A DNA stretch of 64,000 nt. It comes from the human T2T-CHM13v2.0 reference genome, Homo sapiens. Positions 40,201-57,739 of this stretch are shown one piece after another. The first letter of the stretch is position 1. Every line of letters starts with the position of its first letter. Below the pieces are notes generated by a model. The model had not been told where the DNA came from. It saw only the letters and a list, made by a program, of their open reading frames with translations, and searched no databases. Made by a program: the position numbers and the translations under genes. Location of the stretch: NCBI RefSeq assembly GCF_009914755.1, contig NC_060926.1; one strand, given 5' to 3'.

Positions 40201-41208
40201 ATGGGGAAAAAACAGAACAGAAAATCTGGAAACTCTAAAATGCAGAGCTCCTCTCCTCCTCCAAAGGAATGCAGTTCCTCACCAGCAACGGAACAAAGCT
40301 GGATGGAGAATGACTTTGACGAGCTGAGAGAAGGAGGCTTCAGACGATCAAATTACTCTGAGCTATGGGAGGACATTCAAACCAAAGGCAAAGAAGTTGA
40401 AAACTTTGAAAAAAATTTAGAAGAATGTATAACTAGAATAACCAATACAGAGAAGTGCTTAAAGGAGCTGATGGAGCTGAAAACCAAGGCTCGAGAACTA
40501 CATGAAGAATGCAGAAGCCTCAGGAGCCGATGCGATCAACTGGAAGAAAGGGTATCAGCAATGGAAGATGAAATGAAGCGAGAAGGGAAGTTTAGAGAAA
40601 AAAGAATAAAAAGAAATGAGCAAAGCCTCCAAGAAATATGGGACTATGTGAAAAGACCAAATCTACGTCTGATTGGTGTACCTGAAAGTGATGGGGAGAA
40701 TGGAACCAAGTTGGAAAACACTCTGCAGGATATTATCCAGGAGAACTTCCCCAATCTAGCAAGGCAGGCCAACGTTCAGATTCAGGAAATACAGAGAACG
40801 CCACAAAGATACTCCTCGAGAAGAGCAACTCCAAGACACATAATTGTCAGATTCACCAAAGTTGAAATGAAGGAAAAAATGTTAAGGGCAGCCAGAGAGA
40901 AAGGTCGGGTTACCCTCAAAGGGAAGCCCATCAGACTAACAGCGGATCTCTCGGCAGAAACCCTACAAGCCAGAAGAGAGTGGGGGCCAATATTCAACAT
41001 TCTTAAAGAAAAGAATTTTCAACCCAGAATTTCATATCCAGCCAAACTAAGCTTCATAAGTGAAGGAGAAATAAAATCCTTTACAGACAAGCAAATGCTG
41101 AGAGATTTTGTCACCACCAGGCCTGCCCTAAAAGAGCTCCTGAAGGAAGCGCTAAACATGGAAAGGAACAACCGGTACCAGCCGCTGCAAAATCAAGCCA
41201 AAATGTAA
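40201..41208 (+). CDS. L1 ORF1p RNA-binding protein, open frame, 335 aa
   Basis: MGKKQNRK...coiled coil...RRM...CTD; three residues shorter than the canonical 338 aa. Confidence 0.93.
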   Translation: MGKKQNRKSGNSKMQSSSPPPKECSSSPATEQSWMENDFDELREGGFRRSNYSELWEDIQTKGKEVENFEKNLEECITRITNTEKCLKELMELKTKARELHEECRSLRSRCDQLEERVSAMEDEMKREGKFREKRIKRNEQSLQEIWDYVKRPNLRLIGVPESDGENGTKLENTLQDIIQENFPNLARQANVQIQEIQRTPQRYSSRRATPRHIIVRFTKVEMKEKMLRAAREKGRVTLKGKPIRLTADLSAETLQARREWGPIFNILKEKNFQPRISYPAKLSFISEGEIKSFTDKQMLRDFVTTRPALKELLKEALNMERNNRYQPLQNQAKM

Positions 41209-41271
41209 AGACCATCAAGACTAGGCAGAAACTGCATCAACTAACGAGCAAAATCACCAGCTAACATAATA

Positions 41272-45097
<3,826 letters not shown>

Positions 45098-46125
45098 AAC
45101 AATGAGATCACATGGACACAGGAAGGGGAATATCACACTCTGGGGACTGTGGTGGGGTGGGGGGAGGGGGGAGGGATAGCATTGGGAGATATACCTAATG
45201 CTAGATGACGAGTTAGTGGGTGCAGTGCACCAGCATGGCACATGTATACATATGTAACTAACCTGCACAATGTGCACATGTACCCTAAAACTTAAAGTAT
45301 AATAAAATAAATAAATAAATAAATTAAAAAAAAAGAACTTCGGAGAATAGCCTTAACCTGTGCTTTGGAACAGACAAAGTATTGAGAGATGGAGTGAGGA
45401 GGGGAAGGTAAGAGAGATTTGAGGCTATTTCTTTAGTTGTATGTCAAAGTGCCATATTTTGGGGTACCATTTCCTGAGTTCCAGCATTGGATATAGAATG
45501 CTAGATTGATAGTGTTTTACTTTCAGTATTTTTGGATTTCCTTTTTTTTTTTTTTTTCTGATGAGTAGTTTGTTGTCATTCTTGTTGTTCACATGTTACA
45601 TTCAACAACTGAGATGGCTTTGAATAGGTTGGTGGCTTTAATACATCTAACAGGAAGATCTTTTCTTGCTATTCATCCGGCACATAACTTCCGGCATTGA
45701 TAAGTGATTGATTGACTTTGATCCACTGGTGAACATGGGGAGGGGCTGATTGTAGCTTTGTTTAGATTCAATCTGCCTCTACTGTTAATGCTTTCTAGGT
45801 GACCTTAAGCTGCTAGCACCAGGAAGTCCCTGGGACCATGCATTGAAAACTTCCAGATCTCAGAACTGTGAGACCTTGGATCTGCTTGACCATGAGCCTC
45901 TAAGACTATGAAACTGCAAATGATATGGCTCTGGGATAGTAGGACTTTGAGACTGTGAGATTGCAATACTAAGGCTGCCTCTTCTCAGAATGAGAGTCCA
46001 AGATTCCTTCTCATTGGAGCACACCATACATTAGTCACGGGATTAACTCCTATAAAGCATTGCCAGGTCATGAAACAAATCTTTAATCTGGAGCATGCGA
46101 TCAAATTTTAAACATTGTTTTAAGA

Positions 46126-46163
46126 TGTGTGTATGTGTGTGTGCGTGTGTGTGTGTGTGTGTG
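46126..46163. repeat. (TG)n microsatellite, interrupted
   Basis: tgtgtgtatgtgtgtgtgcgtgtgtg... Confidence 0.9.
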
Positions 46164-47150
46164 ATATTCAATCTACAAATTATGCCAAACTCAGAAGGGG
46201 CAGCCAGTCATTTGAAGGTGGATAAGTTTCTACTGCACATTTGGATTAGATAAATAATGCTACAGACCTACGGACTCACATGCCTGGGGAGGTGGGATAT
46301 GGTGCACACAATCAGTAGGGAATTGAGAGTGCTGAACAGAAGGTTCCACAGTTAGGCTGTAGAAAAACATGACACACTTTTACTCTACCCAAAACAGTAA
46401 GAAACCACCAGAACCCATCTCCCTTCCTTCCCTCATACATATCAAAGTGGTATGGACGCAAGGACATTTTAAAAGAACTAAACTCCACAGGGAGGCGTCC
46501 TTTCCAGGTGAGCAGGGAAGGAGGACAGCTTCATACCTGTGCCAGATGCTAGTGCTGGGAGCAGGGGATGTGGAAGAGCATTTCTGTCAAATAAAGCCAT
46601 TCTCCATCTGGATAAAGAGAAAATGTTCAAAGTTTGACAAACCTGGGAGCTGAAATGTTGAATTTGAACCTCAAGAAATTCCTCACCACTAAGTCATTCT
46701 TTTATATGAGAGTTTTGCTGCAGAAGGGGCTGCAAAATAGAAAGTGAGCCAATTCCTTCTTTATAAGCCACTTTGTGATACATGATAGTAATTACATCAA
46801 TCGCCTAATTTCAGAGCTATTAGCTAGCGGGTGTTTTGTGCGTAGTAGAAATGTCAAAGATTATGCAAGATAACCTAAATCCACAGGTGCTATTAAAATA
46901 TAATCAAGGTTAAGGTTAAGGTCTTTGAAAATGGATTTCATTAAATAGACAAAATTATCTTACTTGGTTTTCACTTTGGTCATCTGCGAAAGCAATGGAT
47001 CTTCTTTTCATTGGTTGACATTGATTGCACACCAGCAAGTAGGTTTTATCTATGAATATTAGAAGGTGAAAAGAAGAACGTTGATGATTCATAATGAAGC
47101 AAGCAAATCGGTATGCTAGCTGACATCCCATCTTAAAGATGAGGTATGAT

Positions 47151-47292
47151 TGGGATGATGAAAACGTTCTGGGGAAGGATGGTGGTGATGGTTATACGAC
47201 AACGTGAATATGCTTAATGCCCTGAATTATTTACTTTAAATTGGTTATAATGATACATTTTTTGCTACGTATATTTACTCCAATTAAAAAAA
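47151..47292 (+). mobile_element. L1MB/ME-type 3' end
   Basis: 'gatgatgaaaacgttctgg...gatggtggtgatggtt...aacgtgaatatgcttaatgcc' ending 'caattaaaaaaa'. Confidence 0.75.
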
Positions 47293-47346
47293 TATATTAG
47301 GTGTGAGCCTTTGGATTTCATCTTCAGCAAAAAAAACCCCCCAATA

Positions 47347-47832
47347 ATTTTCAGGGAAAATGAATGAGCCCAATGCTCAGAGTATTTTTAATAATTCTTT
47401 TTTGGCATTGAATAGGATTAGAGATAAAGATCATCTGGATTCTAGGTGTGGTGTTTAATTTTTAGTTTTTTTTTCTCTCTAATATGAGTTGTAATCTTCC
47501 CTAATTAATTACATTTCAGGGAGGGGATTGAAGACAATTGTTTCTCTTTGGTGGGTTCAGTTTCCAAGTAGATAAAAGAACTTCAGAGAATAGCCTTAAC
47601 CTGTGCTTTGGAACAAAGTATTGAGAGTTGGAGTGAGGAGGGGAAGGTAAGAGAGAATTGAGGCTACTTCTTTAGTTGTATGTCAAAGTGTCATGTTTTG
47701 GGGTATCATTTTCTGAGTTCCAGCGTTGGATATAGAATGCTGGGTTGATAGCATTTTACTTTCAGCATTTTGGATTTCCTCTTTTTTTTTTTTCTGATGA
47801 GTAGTTCGTTGTCATTCTTATTGTTCACATGT
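47347..47832 (+). repeat. Local direct duplication of 39047-39292 joined to 45344-45596 (L1-free copy)
   Basis: Colinear match to both flanks of the L1, e.g. 'gggttcagtttccaagtagataaaagaacttc(a/g)gagaatagccttaacctgtgctttggaaca'. Confidence 0.95.
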
Positions 47833-48360
47833 CATTCATGTTGTTCACATCCAAATAAAGGCTATGAAGTACAATGTTAGTAGACCACATAGCTTTTGTG
47901 CTGTGTATTCTTTTGCTTAAACTTCACAAGGAAATATGTAAAAGAACAAGATATAAATCTGAGTTGCATTGTCTCCCTCCTGTAACAACAATGAAATTGT
48001 TGAAGAGTAGAAAGCTGTAGAAATTTCAGACTAATTACTAGCCAATTGGGTGATTTGGAGATTTTTTTCCTTCCCTTTTTCTCTTTCTAGGCTTCTTTTT
48101 TTAAAAAATCTGTAAAATGGTGATAATGATAATGGAAAGTGCTTAGCATAGTGACTGGCCTCAATTAATGGTAACAATTACTTCAATAAAATCCTTTCCT
48201 TCTAAAAGCAGATTGTCAGTTATCTTCCATTCCTCAGTGAGTATGGACATTAGGAACATGGGAATTTCATTGTATTGTTACCTTTGTAAAGCTTTTAGGT
48301 GTCATGCCTCAGGACTTGCTAGAATTGCTTTATTCATAAAATGTTTAAGAGGGATTTCTT

Positions 48361-48658
<298 letters not shown>

Positions 48659-48815
48659 TAAAAGGGATTTCTTAAAGAATAATGTGAAGTATTTCTGAAA
48701 ACAAACAAACATGATGCAGGATTTTCACCCAAGTCATATTTCAATTGAAATACGTGAGAAATTAGGTATGTTCTCAGTACGAGTTCGTGGAGTAACAAAT
48801 ATGGTTTTCCACTGA

Positions 48816-49109
<294 letters not shown>

Positions 49110-50273
49110 TAAAGTTGTTTCTAGACTTTCATATGCATATTTAAAAATGTTCAATTCAATCCCAAAGTAGAAAAAACATTCTACTTAGGACTGTAGGAAT
49201 GTAGTTGTGATGGTGTGATAAAGGCTCAATGAAACATTCAAAATTAATAACTCTTGGGGAATCAAGTAACCATTTGTCCTTTGCAGTTAAACAAAATTGA
49301 GTTTAATTCTTCCCCGGAAGTGGCATTAGGTATTATAAAGTCTTCTCTGCCCTGCTTTCCCAGAGCTATGAGAGAAAAGCATTCACCTTCTTGACTTGTT
49401 CTAGAAGACGAGGAGAAAGAACAACTAAATGTAATTCACAAAATGCTTTCTCCTTGAAATGATCTCCTTCATTCATTCATCTGTGAATTGTTTGTATTAA
49501 ATTTGAAATTAGAGTTCTATCTTGCACATAAAGATTATAAAGATGGGTAGAACTAGTGATCACTCTAGAATAAGGTTAAAATTATTCAGGGAAGATTCCC
49601 ATCCCTATAATTCTTTCCTGCGCGCTTTATACTGAAACCTGAAATTGCATCATAATAAATAGTTTTTCTGCCGTAAGCAGTGACATATTCTGCTTATATG
49701 CTAAAATTCAATGACCCCTAATGCATAAACACATTTGATCACTAACACTTTCATCCAAACTAGTTCAGTAGATTCCTGTTTTGGGCTGTAGGAATTCTTA
49801 ATGAGTACATGTCTGTACTGTTTTCCATAGTGAGATCAACTGAATGCCTGTATCAGAATCAATAGGAGTGTTGCCTAGAAAATGCATTTCCCTCACCCCA
49901 TCCCATACATACTGGATTATAATTTCTGAAAATGGAAATCCAAAAGCGGAATGTTTACAAATTCTCCAAGTAAACTATGGATATAGAGTGTCTGCTAAAA
50001 ATAAAGCCCTGCACACAGGGAATTTACTGGTAAAATGACTGTATTTATCTTGAACAAGCACTTTCAGAAAGAATATGGTTTAGAACAGATGCATCAACAA
50101 ACCATTAGGCCCAGGAGGAACTGCCTTCCACTCCAAACTTTGTATGATAAAGCACAGAACACCTACAAGGGTATATGTGTCCTATCCTGGGATGTCTGGG
50201 GCATCAAGCTCCTCTTGTCACCTCCTGTTTGATAACAATTTGTCACTGCTAGGTTATTTTAAAATACAGTATG

Positions 50274-50606
<333 letters not shown>

Positions 50607-51337
50607 AGTATGAAGCTTTTATGCTACAATTAAAAGTTTGTTAATATTATTATGCCAGCCATCTATTTTGATCTAAGAATCTTATTACTCTTTAACATGT
50701 CCTTATCCTTTTGCTTTTTCTCAGTCTGTTCAGTTGTACTTATTTTTCATGCCAATTGTTCACCCACAGTGTCTACTTGCACAGAAAGAGTCACAGCATC
50801 GAGTTAAATCACAGGCTGCAGGGTTGAAAGATGTCTTTGAGCAGCATGTTTAGCATCTTCTGGTGATGAACCCCTTGGAGAATCTGATAAGGAACACTCT
50901 ATCCAGAAAAATAATAACGATAACATGTATCTTTTCTACAGTATGAGAAGGTTCAGAGGTCTGCTAAAGCCCAGTTCTAAGCCAAGGAAAGAACTCCTGA
51001 CTTTGTGATAACAGAGTCTACCTTTTTCCATGTAGGCTCCAGGTCTAGTGCATCTTCCAATGGGATAAACTGCCTTCAGGTCAACCTCACCAGTAATGGG
51101 AAGTTAACAACCTTGGGGAGTTGTCGGACACAGAATGTCTTTATGATGTGCCTCAAGCAGGAACCCTATAATCTTCAATCACTAGTGCTGATGCTTTGGT
51201 ACTTTTTTTTATTTGGGGGAAATAATTTAAAAAACGAATACATTTCTCAGTTTGTATCTAAAACCAATGGGTTAGCATGCCTTCTGAACCTAATTCTCCC
51301 TTTCAGCATTATCATGTTTTTTATTTGACTGGATTGG

Positions 51338-51340
51338 TTT

Positions 51341-51400
<60 letters not shown>

Positions 51401-51406
51401 TCCTTT

Positions 51407-51442
<36 letters not shown>
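51338..51442. repeat. Compound (TTTC)n/(TC)n STR derived from an Alu tail
   Basis: ~105 nt pure pyrimidine tract. Confidence 0.95.
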
Positions 51443-51446
<4 letters not shown>

Positions 51447-51740
51447 TTTTTTTTTTTTTTTTTGAGATGGAGCCTCGCTCTCTTGCCCAGGCTGGAGTGC
51501 ATGGCATGATCTCAGCTCACTGCAACCTCCGCCTCCTGAGTTCAAGTGATTCTCCTGCCTCACCCTCCTAAGTAGCTGGGATTACAGGCGTGCACCACCA
51601 TGTCTGGCTAATTTTCGTATCTTTAGTAGAGATGGAGTTTCACCATGTTGGCCAGGCTGGTCTCGAACTCCTGACCTCGTGATACACCCAGCTCGGCCTC
51701 CCAAAGTGCTGGGATTACAGGGGTGAGCTACTGTGCCCAA
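51443..51740 (-). mobile_element. AluS (Sg/Sc-like), antisense
   Basis: Full Alu; degenerate TSD tttgact(g/c)gattg..ttt at ~51324 and ~51742. Confidence 0.93.
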
Positions 51741-51954
51741 GTTTGACTCGATTGTTTCTATAAACCTAAAATCTTACTGTAAGCACCACCAAACAAAACA
51801 GCAAAAGCTCATGGCCCTCTTTAGCAACTACCTCTCCTTTTCCTCCTCTCTCCTGTTCACAGAATGGCTTCTCTCTAAAACTTCTCTTTAGTTGCTCTCC
51901 CCACCTGCTTACCTCCCTTCACACTGCAACTGATTCCAATCACTATTGAGACAT

Positions 51955-52356
51955 TTGATGGGCAGTTTAACATGTCAACTTGGCCTTTTTATAGTCCCCT
52001 GTTACCCAACCAAACACTAATATAGTTACTGCTGTGATATGTTTGGTGTCTACAATCATTTGACTTTAAGTAAAGGAGATTATCCTAAGTAATCTGAATG
52101 GACCTAATTCAATCAGTTGAAATGCTTCAAGAGCAGAACAGAAATTTCCCTGAGAGAGACGAAAATTCACCTGTGGACTACAGTTTCAGATCCTTCCTGA
52201 GAGTTTCCAGCTTCCCCTTCTTGATGGCCCGCCCTATGTACTTCAGGCACGTTTAACCAGACCCACAATTGTATAAGCCAATTCCTTGCAATTAGTCTCT
52301 TAATATATATAAGTATCTACTGGTTCTGTTTCTCTAGGGAAACTCTGACTAATACA
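51955..52356 (+). mobile_element. MLT2C/D (ERVL) LTR
   Basis: 'catgtcaacttggcc', 'tgactttaagtaaaggagattatcct'; end 'ctactggttctgtttctctagggaaactctgactaataca'. Confidence 0.8.
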
Positions 52357-52518
52357 GAATGTTCTAGAGAAACTACTTTTCTCAAGATCACCAGTGATTT
52401 CCAAGAAGCCCAATTCAGTGGACACTTAATGTTTCTTAATTCACTTAAGCTCTCAGCAGTACTTGATTCAAAAAGCTATGTCCATATTTTTAAAACCTCG
52501 TTTTTCCTCCTATCTCAC

Positions 52519-52560
52519 TTGCTAATTGGCTATCTCAGTTTGCTAATTGGCTATCTCAGT
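52519..52560. repeat. 21-bp perfect tandem duplication
   Basis: ttgctaattggctatctcagt x2. Confidence 0.9.
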
Positions 52561-54494
52561 TCTTCTACTACTTTTCCATCTACACTGCATGCTTTGCTGA
52601 ATTGACAGAGTTTTGTAAACTTAAACACATCTACATGCTGGTCACCCCACATCTGTATCTCATGGCCTGACCTCAGAGATGATGTATGCAGCAGCCTACT
52701 TGATATTTCCACTTAAAGTATAGTAGATATATTAAATAGAATATAGCAAAATGGAACTCTAGATTAGTGGTGCCCTCAGCAACCTGCTCTTCTCTAACAC
52801 TCCTCCCCATCTCAGTAAACAGCAGCACTCTCCATCCACTTGTCTATGCAAAACTCTGGGAAGCAGCCTTTGTTCTTCCATCTCTATAACTTCAAGTCCT
52901 GCGCAACTTATCTACAGCTCACAGTAACTCTATCAGTTGCTTCCTCCAACAGGTATCTTAAATCCATGTACTTCTCCCACTTTTGTGAGTAGAAGCCTCT
53001 GTCAGTTCTTACCTGGAGTTGTTAAGTAGCCTCCTGTCTGGAGTTCCTGCTTCCACACTACACTCACCCCAAAACCATCTTTTACACGGTCACCAAAATG
53101 TTCTTTATAAAGAAGGAATGAAAGCATAGCATTCCCCTTCTTGATTCATGTGAAATAAAATTGAGATTTCTTACTGGCAAGTAAAAGTCCTTGTTGAACA
53201 ATTGTTCCCAGAATTTACAGGGTTGACTCCTTCTGCCAATGTGATTCTTAATTATAATGTCACCTCCTCAGAGAAGTCCCCCCGACTGTTCCTCTAAAGT
53301 CACCTGCCTTCCTTCTTGTACACCCACCATTAGCCCATGATTATATGCCCATGGATATGTGATGTGCTGTCATTTACTTTGTGGTGTCGGCCACAACCCA
53401 GAATCTCACTGGCTGGGTTTGCTTACTTCTTTCCTGTTTACCTACTCTAGTACCTGCACAGGAAAAAGTACCATGAGACCAGGCACCTTGTCTACTAACA
53501 GCCAGCACTTAATTGGCACAAAAAGACAGTCAGTAAGTATTTGTTGAATGGGTACATAGATATATCAATCCAGCCTCATTCTCTCAGCATAGGCAACAAG
53601 GTTCATCTGGAATTACTTGATTTTCATAATGTGTTGTAGTTTCTAAGGAATTACTTTTGTTTCTATGGGCTTAATAATTTTTCCAAAAGTTTAGTTGAGT
53701 ATGTTGCTAAAGATTGGTAGAATTCTTACAGCTCTATAGTTTCTTCAGACTTAACTCTCTACATTTTGGAAATATTAACATATTTCTTCCACTAATTTAT
53801 TCATTCAGTAGATACCATTTATTTAGCCTTTAAGATACCAGGCATCTTGCAACACTCTAGGAACATCAGAAAATAAGACCTTTTTCTAGACTTTATCAGT
53901 CTTGTATTTGTACTTTGAAGCACTTTTCTTGTGATTACATGTCATCAGTTAACTGCGTGATTGTCTAACATCTGCTTCCCCTGACTCGACAAGATAGTTT
54001 TGCACAGTGCCCTGGATTGTCAACATTGCCAAATGTTGGAATCTGAAATTCTCTTGGAGATAACACATCCTAATGAATCTTCTAATACCCAGATACTTTT
54101 TTTATTCACAAAATCAAAGTTAGCAACCTACGATTCCTGAGCATATGCAGCTCCACGTACAAAGTTTAGCTGTTGACTGGGCCAAGAGCTTCTGGGCTTG
54201 CATGCTTCCAATCCTCTATCCCTTGCCTGTGTTCTCAGACCTAGTTCTACCTGAGAATCACCTTGGGACATATATGCTTTTAACATACCTACTCTGGCTG
54301 CACTTCAATTAGATCATGATCTCTGGGTAGGGTCTCCAGTGCTTGTATAAGCATTTTGTTGTTGTTGGTTCTAGGCAAGCGTGATGAGGAACCAGAATTT
54401 AAAGCTGTTATCTCAAACATCACTTCATTCTTAGTCTGCACTATCATTTCCGTGTCTGTGATTGCTAATCCTAAGGATTTTAAATGAAATCTGA

Positions 54495-54725
54495 AAACTT
54501 GAGAAGTCAGTATAATGTTAAATATATGGGCTCTGAATTCAAACCAACAGACATAGAAACTTGACTTCACCACCTACTAGTTGGGTAATCTTGGGCAATC
54601 TTGGGTCCTCTGTGGACACCAGTTTCCTTTTCTATGAAAAGAAAGGTAATACTAGTGTTGCTTCAAGCAAGTAATTGTATGAAACAGTGCTTTGCATAAT
54701 GTAAGCACCCAAAAAGTGTTAGTTA
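54495..54725 (+). mobile_element. MIR SINE
   Basis: 'ctactagttgggtaatcttgggcaa...cagtttccttttctatgaaaag'. Confidence 0.6.
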
Positions 54726-54965
54726 CAAGCATCGTTACCTTCGTCAGATATTTAGGCTGCTCACCAAACTTCCCTATATTTTTTTTTCCCACTCTTACTC
54801 AGGACCACATCTCATCTGTATGTCCAAGGAAGGTCAGCTTTTTTATATACCAGGTATCCAAGGATTTCAGCACCTTCGTCAGGCCATCTGGAGTCTAGGC
54901 TACCTGAAGTTCTGTCTGGGGGCTTCCATTTGAATTTCTTTAAATATGGGAAGCTAATTAACTTT

Positions 54966-55419
<454 letters not shown>

Positions 55420-57634
55420 CGGCTAATTAACTTTAAAAAACATTATAAATTCTGATAAAGTTAATGATCTGTCAGGCCTCCCAGTCTCATTATGAATTAC
55501 AAACATCATTTTGTACTTCAGGTCGCCTCTGTTCCACACAAGACCTTGCTCCTATTTGGTTAATTACTCGCAAGTGGTATCATCCAAAATTCATCACTCT
55601 CAGAGCTGAAGTCATATTCTCCTTCCTCAGATAAATACTCTTGTAATTCCAGCTTCAGCTGCCCTCTTTGTTGCTGTTCTCATCATCTGGGATCATTTGT
55701 CATACATGGTAGAGGCCACACAGTTGTAAATCTCACCTCTGACATGCTAAGGCCCATACAGCCCTATCACAGGGAACTTCAGAAGGCACAGTTTACAGCT
55801 CTGTCAGCCCTCCAAGTGGGGAGGGACAGGATGACAGCAGTCAGACCTGGGGCATTGGCAGTCCAATGTGAACTTTGATTCCCACTTTGTAAATCATAGC
55901 ATTTTTAAGAGTTGGAAAAATCTCCAAGATGCCAGATTCATTGCAGTCCCCTCATTAGATTTGAGAATAAATGAAATTTCCTACCCTTCTTTCTCTTAGT
56001 TCCTATAGGAATGACTGAAAAATCTCTTCTATGAAGAGACAAATGTACACACATACATGGAATAACAACACTAAAATAAAAGACACTGTGATCTTCCATC
56101 TTAAATCAATGACTTCTTTATAACTTTTCTGACTGGTTGAGGATCTGAAGGCTCCTTCAACAGTCAACAAACATTACCCAGTAGGCTCCCTCTGCTAGGC
56201 TTCAGAGATACAAAAATAAATAAGACAATCCTTGCCCTTTAGGAACTCACAGATTTTCAGAAGCTACAAAAGGTAGATAAACAAATGCTCATAAATATGG
56301 AGGTTTAGGAAACCAAGTCTTTGGCAAGGCTTGCAAAGGAGAAAAAAAATACACAGCTAACACTGTTTCCTGATGAATTAATGCCCTGCTGCCCAGTATG
56401 TGATTTGACTGGCGATATTGCTATTATTCCTGTGACCCATATGCTAATGGCAGTGATTTTAAAGGAAACCTGAAAAGGGAAAAATGACCAAGTAGTTGGA
56501 TCAACCACTTTATGCAACAGTACGTTTCCACAAAAATGCCAAGGCCTTGCCTCCTACAATTTGTTTTGCATTTACTCCCTGTTGAAGTGGTCACTGGAGT
56601 GATTGACCGTGACTCCCCTCTGCCTCCTAGCACTAAGTGGCTTAGTCTGTGCCCAGGTAGAATCCTTAACAAAGACTGTTCACCTTCCCTTAAACATAAA
56701 ACCATACTAAATCTTTTTATTAAAAAAACAGGTCAACTACCGTAAGGGAGAAAAATAATAACTATCGTCTCTAATTTTGACATTGCTATTTAAATGACTC
56801 TCATTGTATGAACATCCTTTTAGTGGGCAATTGTGTCAACACTGTGGCTTAAGACTACTGATGACGGTAGAAGTCAGGAAGCAGCTTGTCATTGCAGGAT
56901 GCTGCTGCCACAACACGGGTTGATCATTCCTTTCCTTCTGTGAGTTTGTGGCTAAGATTTCTGAAACCTCATCCCCATAGTGAAACCTTTTGCTAACCTG
57001 TCTATACCTTAGTGGAGTGATCACTATCTTCTCACTGCCCACCATGCACCTCTTACTTAGGTGACCATATGTCCCAGCTTGCTCCTTAGAGTTCTATTCC
57101 ATTTCATTATTTATAGCTCCCCTTTTCAATCCCACAAGTCCTCATTAGGGTAATAAGTTGTAGGGATCACCATAATGCTTCCCTGTACCGCATCTTACAG
57201 TGGCATAGTGATGCATTTGCTATGTCGCTGTTAGGGTGTTCGAGTTCCTCGGTGGCATGGCTCACGTCTTTGTTATCTTTGTATCTCAGAGCTCAGTACA
57301 GTGACCAGAAGGAGTACAGAATATGCTTAATACCTGCCAATGAATTTAGGAGTAATGAATAAAATGATATCTACTATGGAAGTTCCCTAAAATGAGTACA
57401 TTATTTTTGTGTAATCTTTGTCATTATTCAACAGTCCAGTTGAACTACAAATTTTAAGTGCACCCCGAAAGACATCTATGCATCTGAAATATCTAAAAAC
57501 AAAACAAAACAAAACAAAACCTAAGCATTATGAGAAGGCGAGTCTTACTGTTAGAGCTAGAATGTATTTCTGCTGAGGTTACGACTGGAATTCAGAGTTT
57601 TGATTTTTTTTTGTACTATGATTGTTTTCATGTT

Positions 57635-57739
57635 TTCTTCTTGAAACGCATCCTGTTTTTTCATGTGCTATCATGCATAGGAATGTCAGAAATTTTGAAA
57701 GAAAAGCTATGTTAGGAGTTGTCACAGTTAGCTTTGGAA
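57635..57739 (+). repeat. ~105-bp spaced direct duplication, copy A
   Basis: Matches 60681-60787 with 3 substitutions and a 2-nt T-run difference. Confidence 0.95.

Larger units (their letters stand above)
51780..53552 (+). mobile_element. L2 LINE fragment interrupted by an MLT2 LTR
   Basis: L2 motifs 'gatcaccagtgatttcca', 'ccccatctcagtaaac', 'aatgtcacctcctcagagaag'; end 'cagtaagtatttgttgaatg'. Confidence 0.7.

Noticed and set aside
45141-45175. G-rich tract
   Set aside because: Known L1 3'UTR polypurine/G4 tract, expected in every copy.
45865-45965. Degenerate 'gactgtga'-like periodicity
   Set aside because: Too diverged to define a unit or function by eye.
47347-47832. L1 3' transduction or second LTR of a provirus as the origin of the duplicate
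   Set aside because: It contains both L1 flanks joined at an empty site, has no poly(A) tail, and extends past the LTR end into unrelated L1M sequence.
48060-48095. Strong-looking 3' splice site (pyrimidine tract plus TAG)
   Set aside because: It adjoins MIR-like sequence and I saw no convincing partner donor; probably a decoy.
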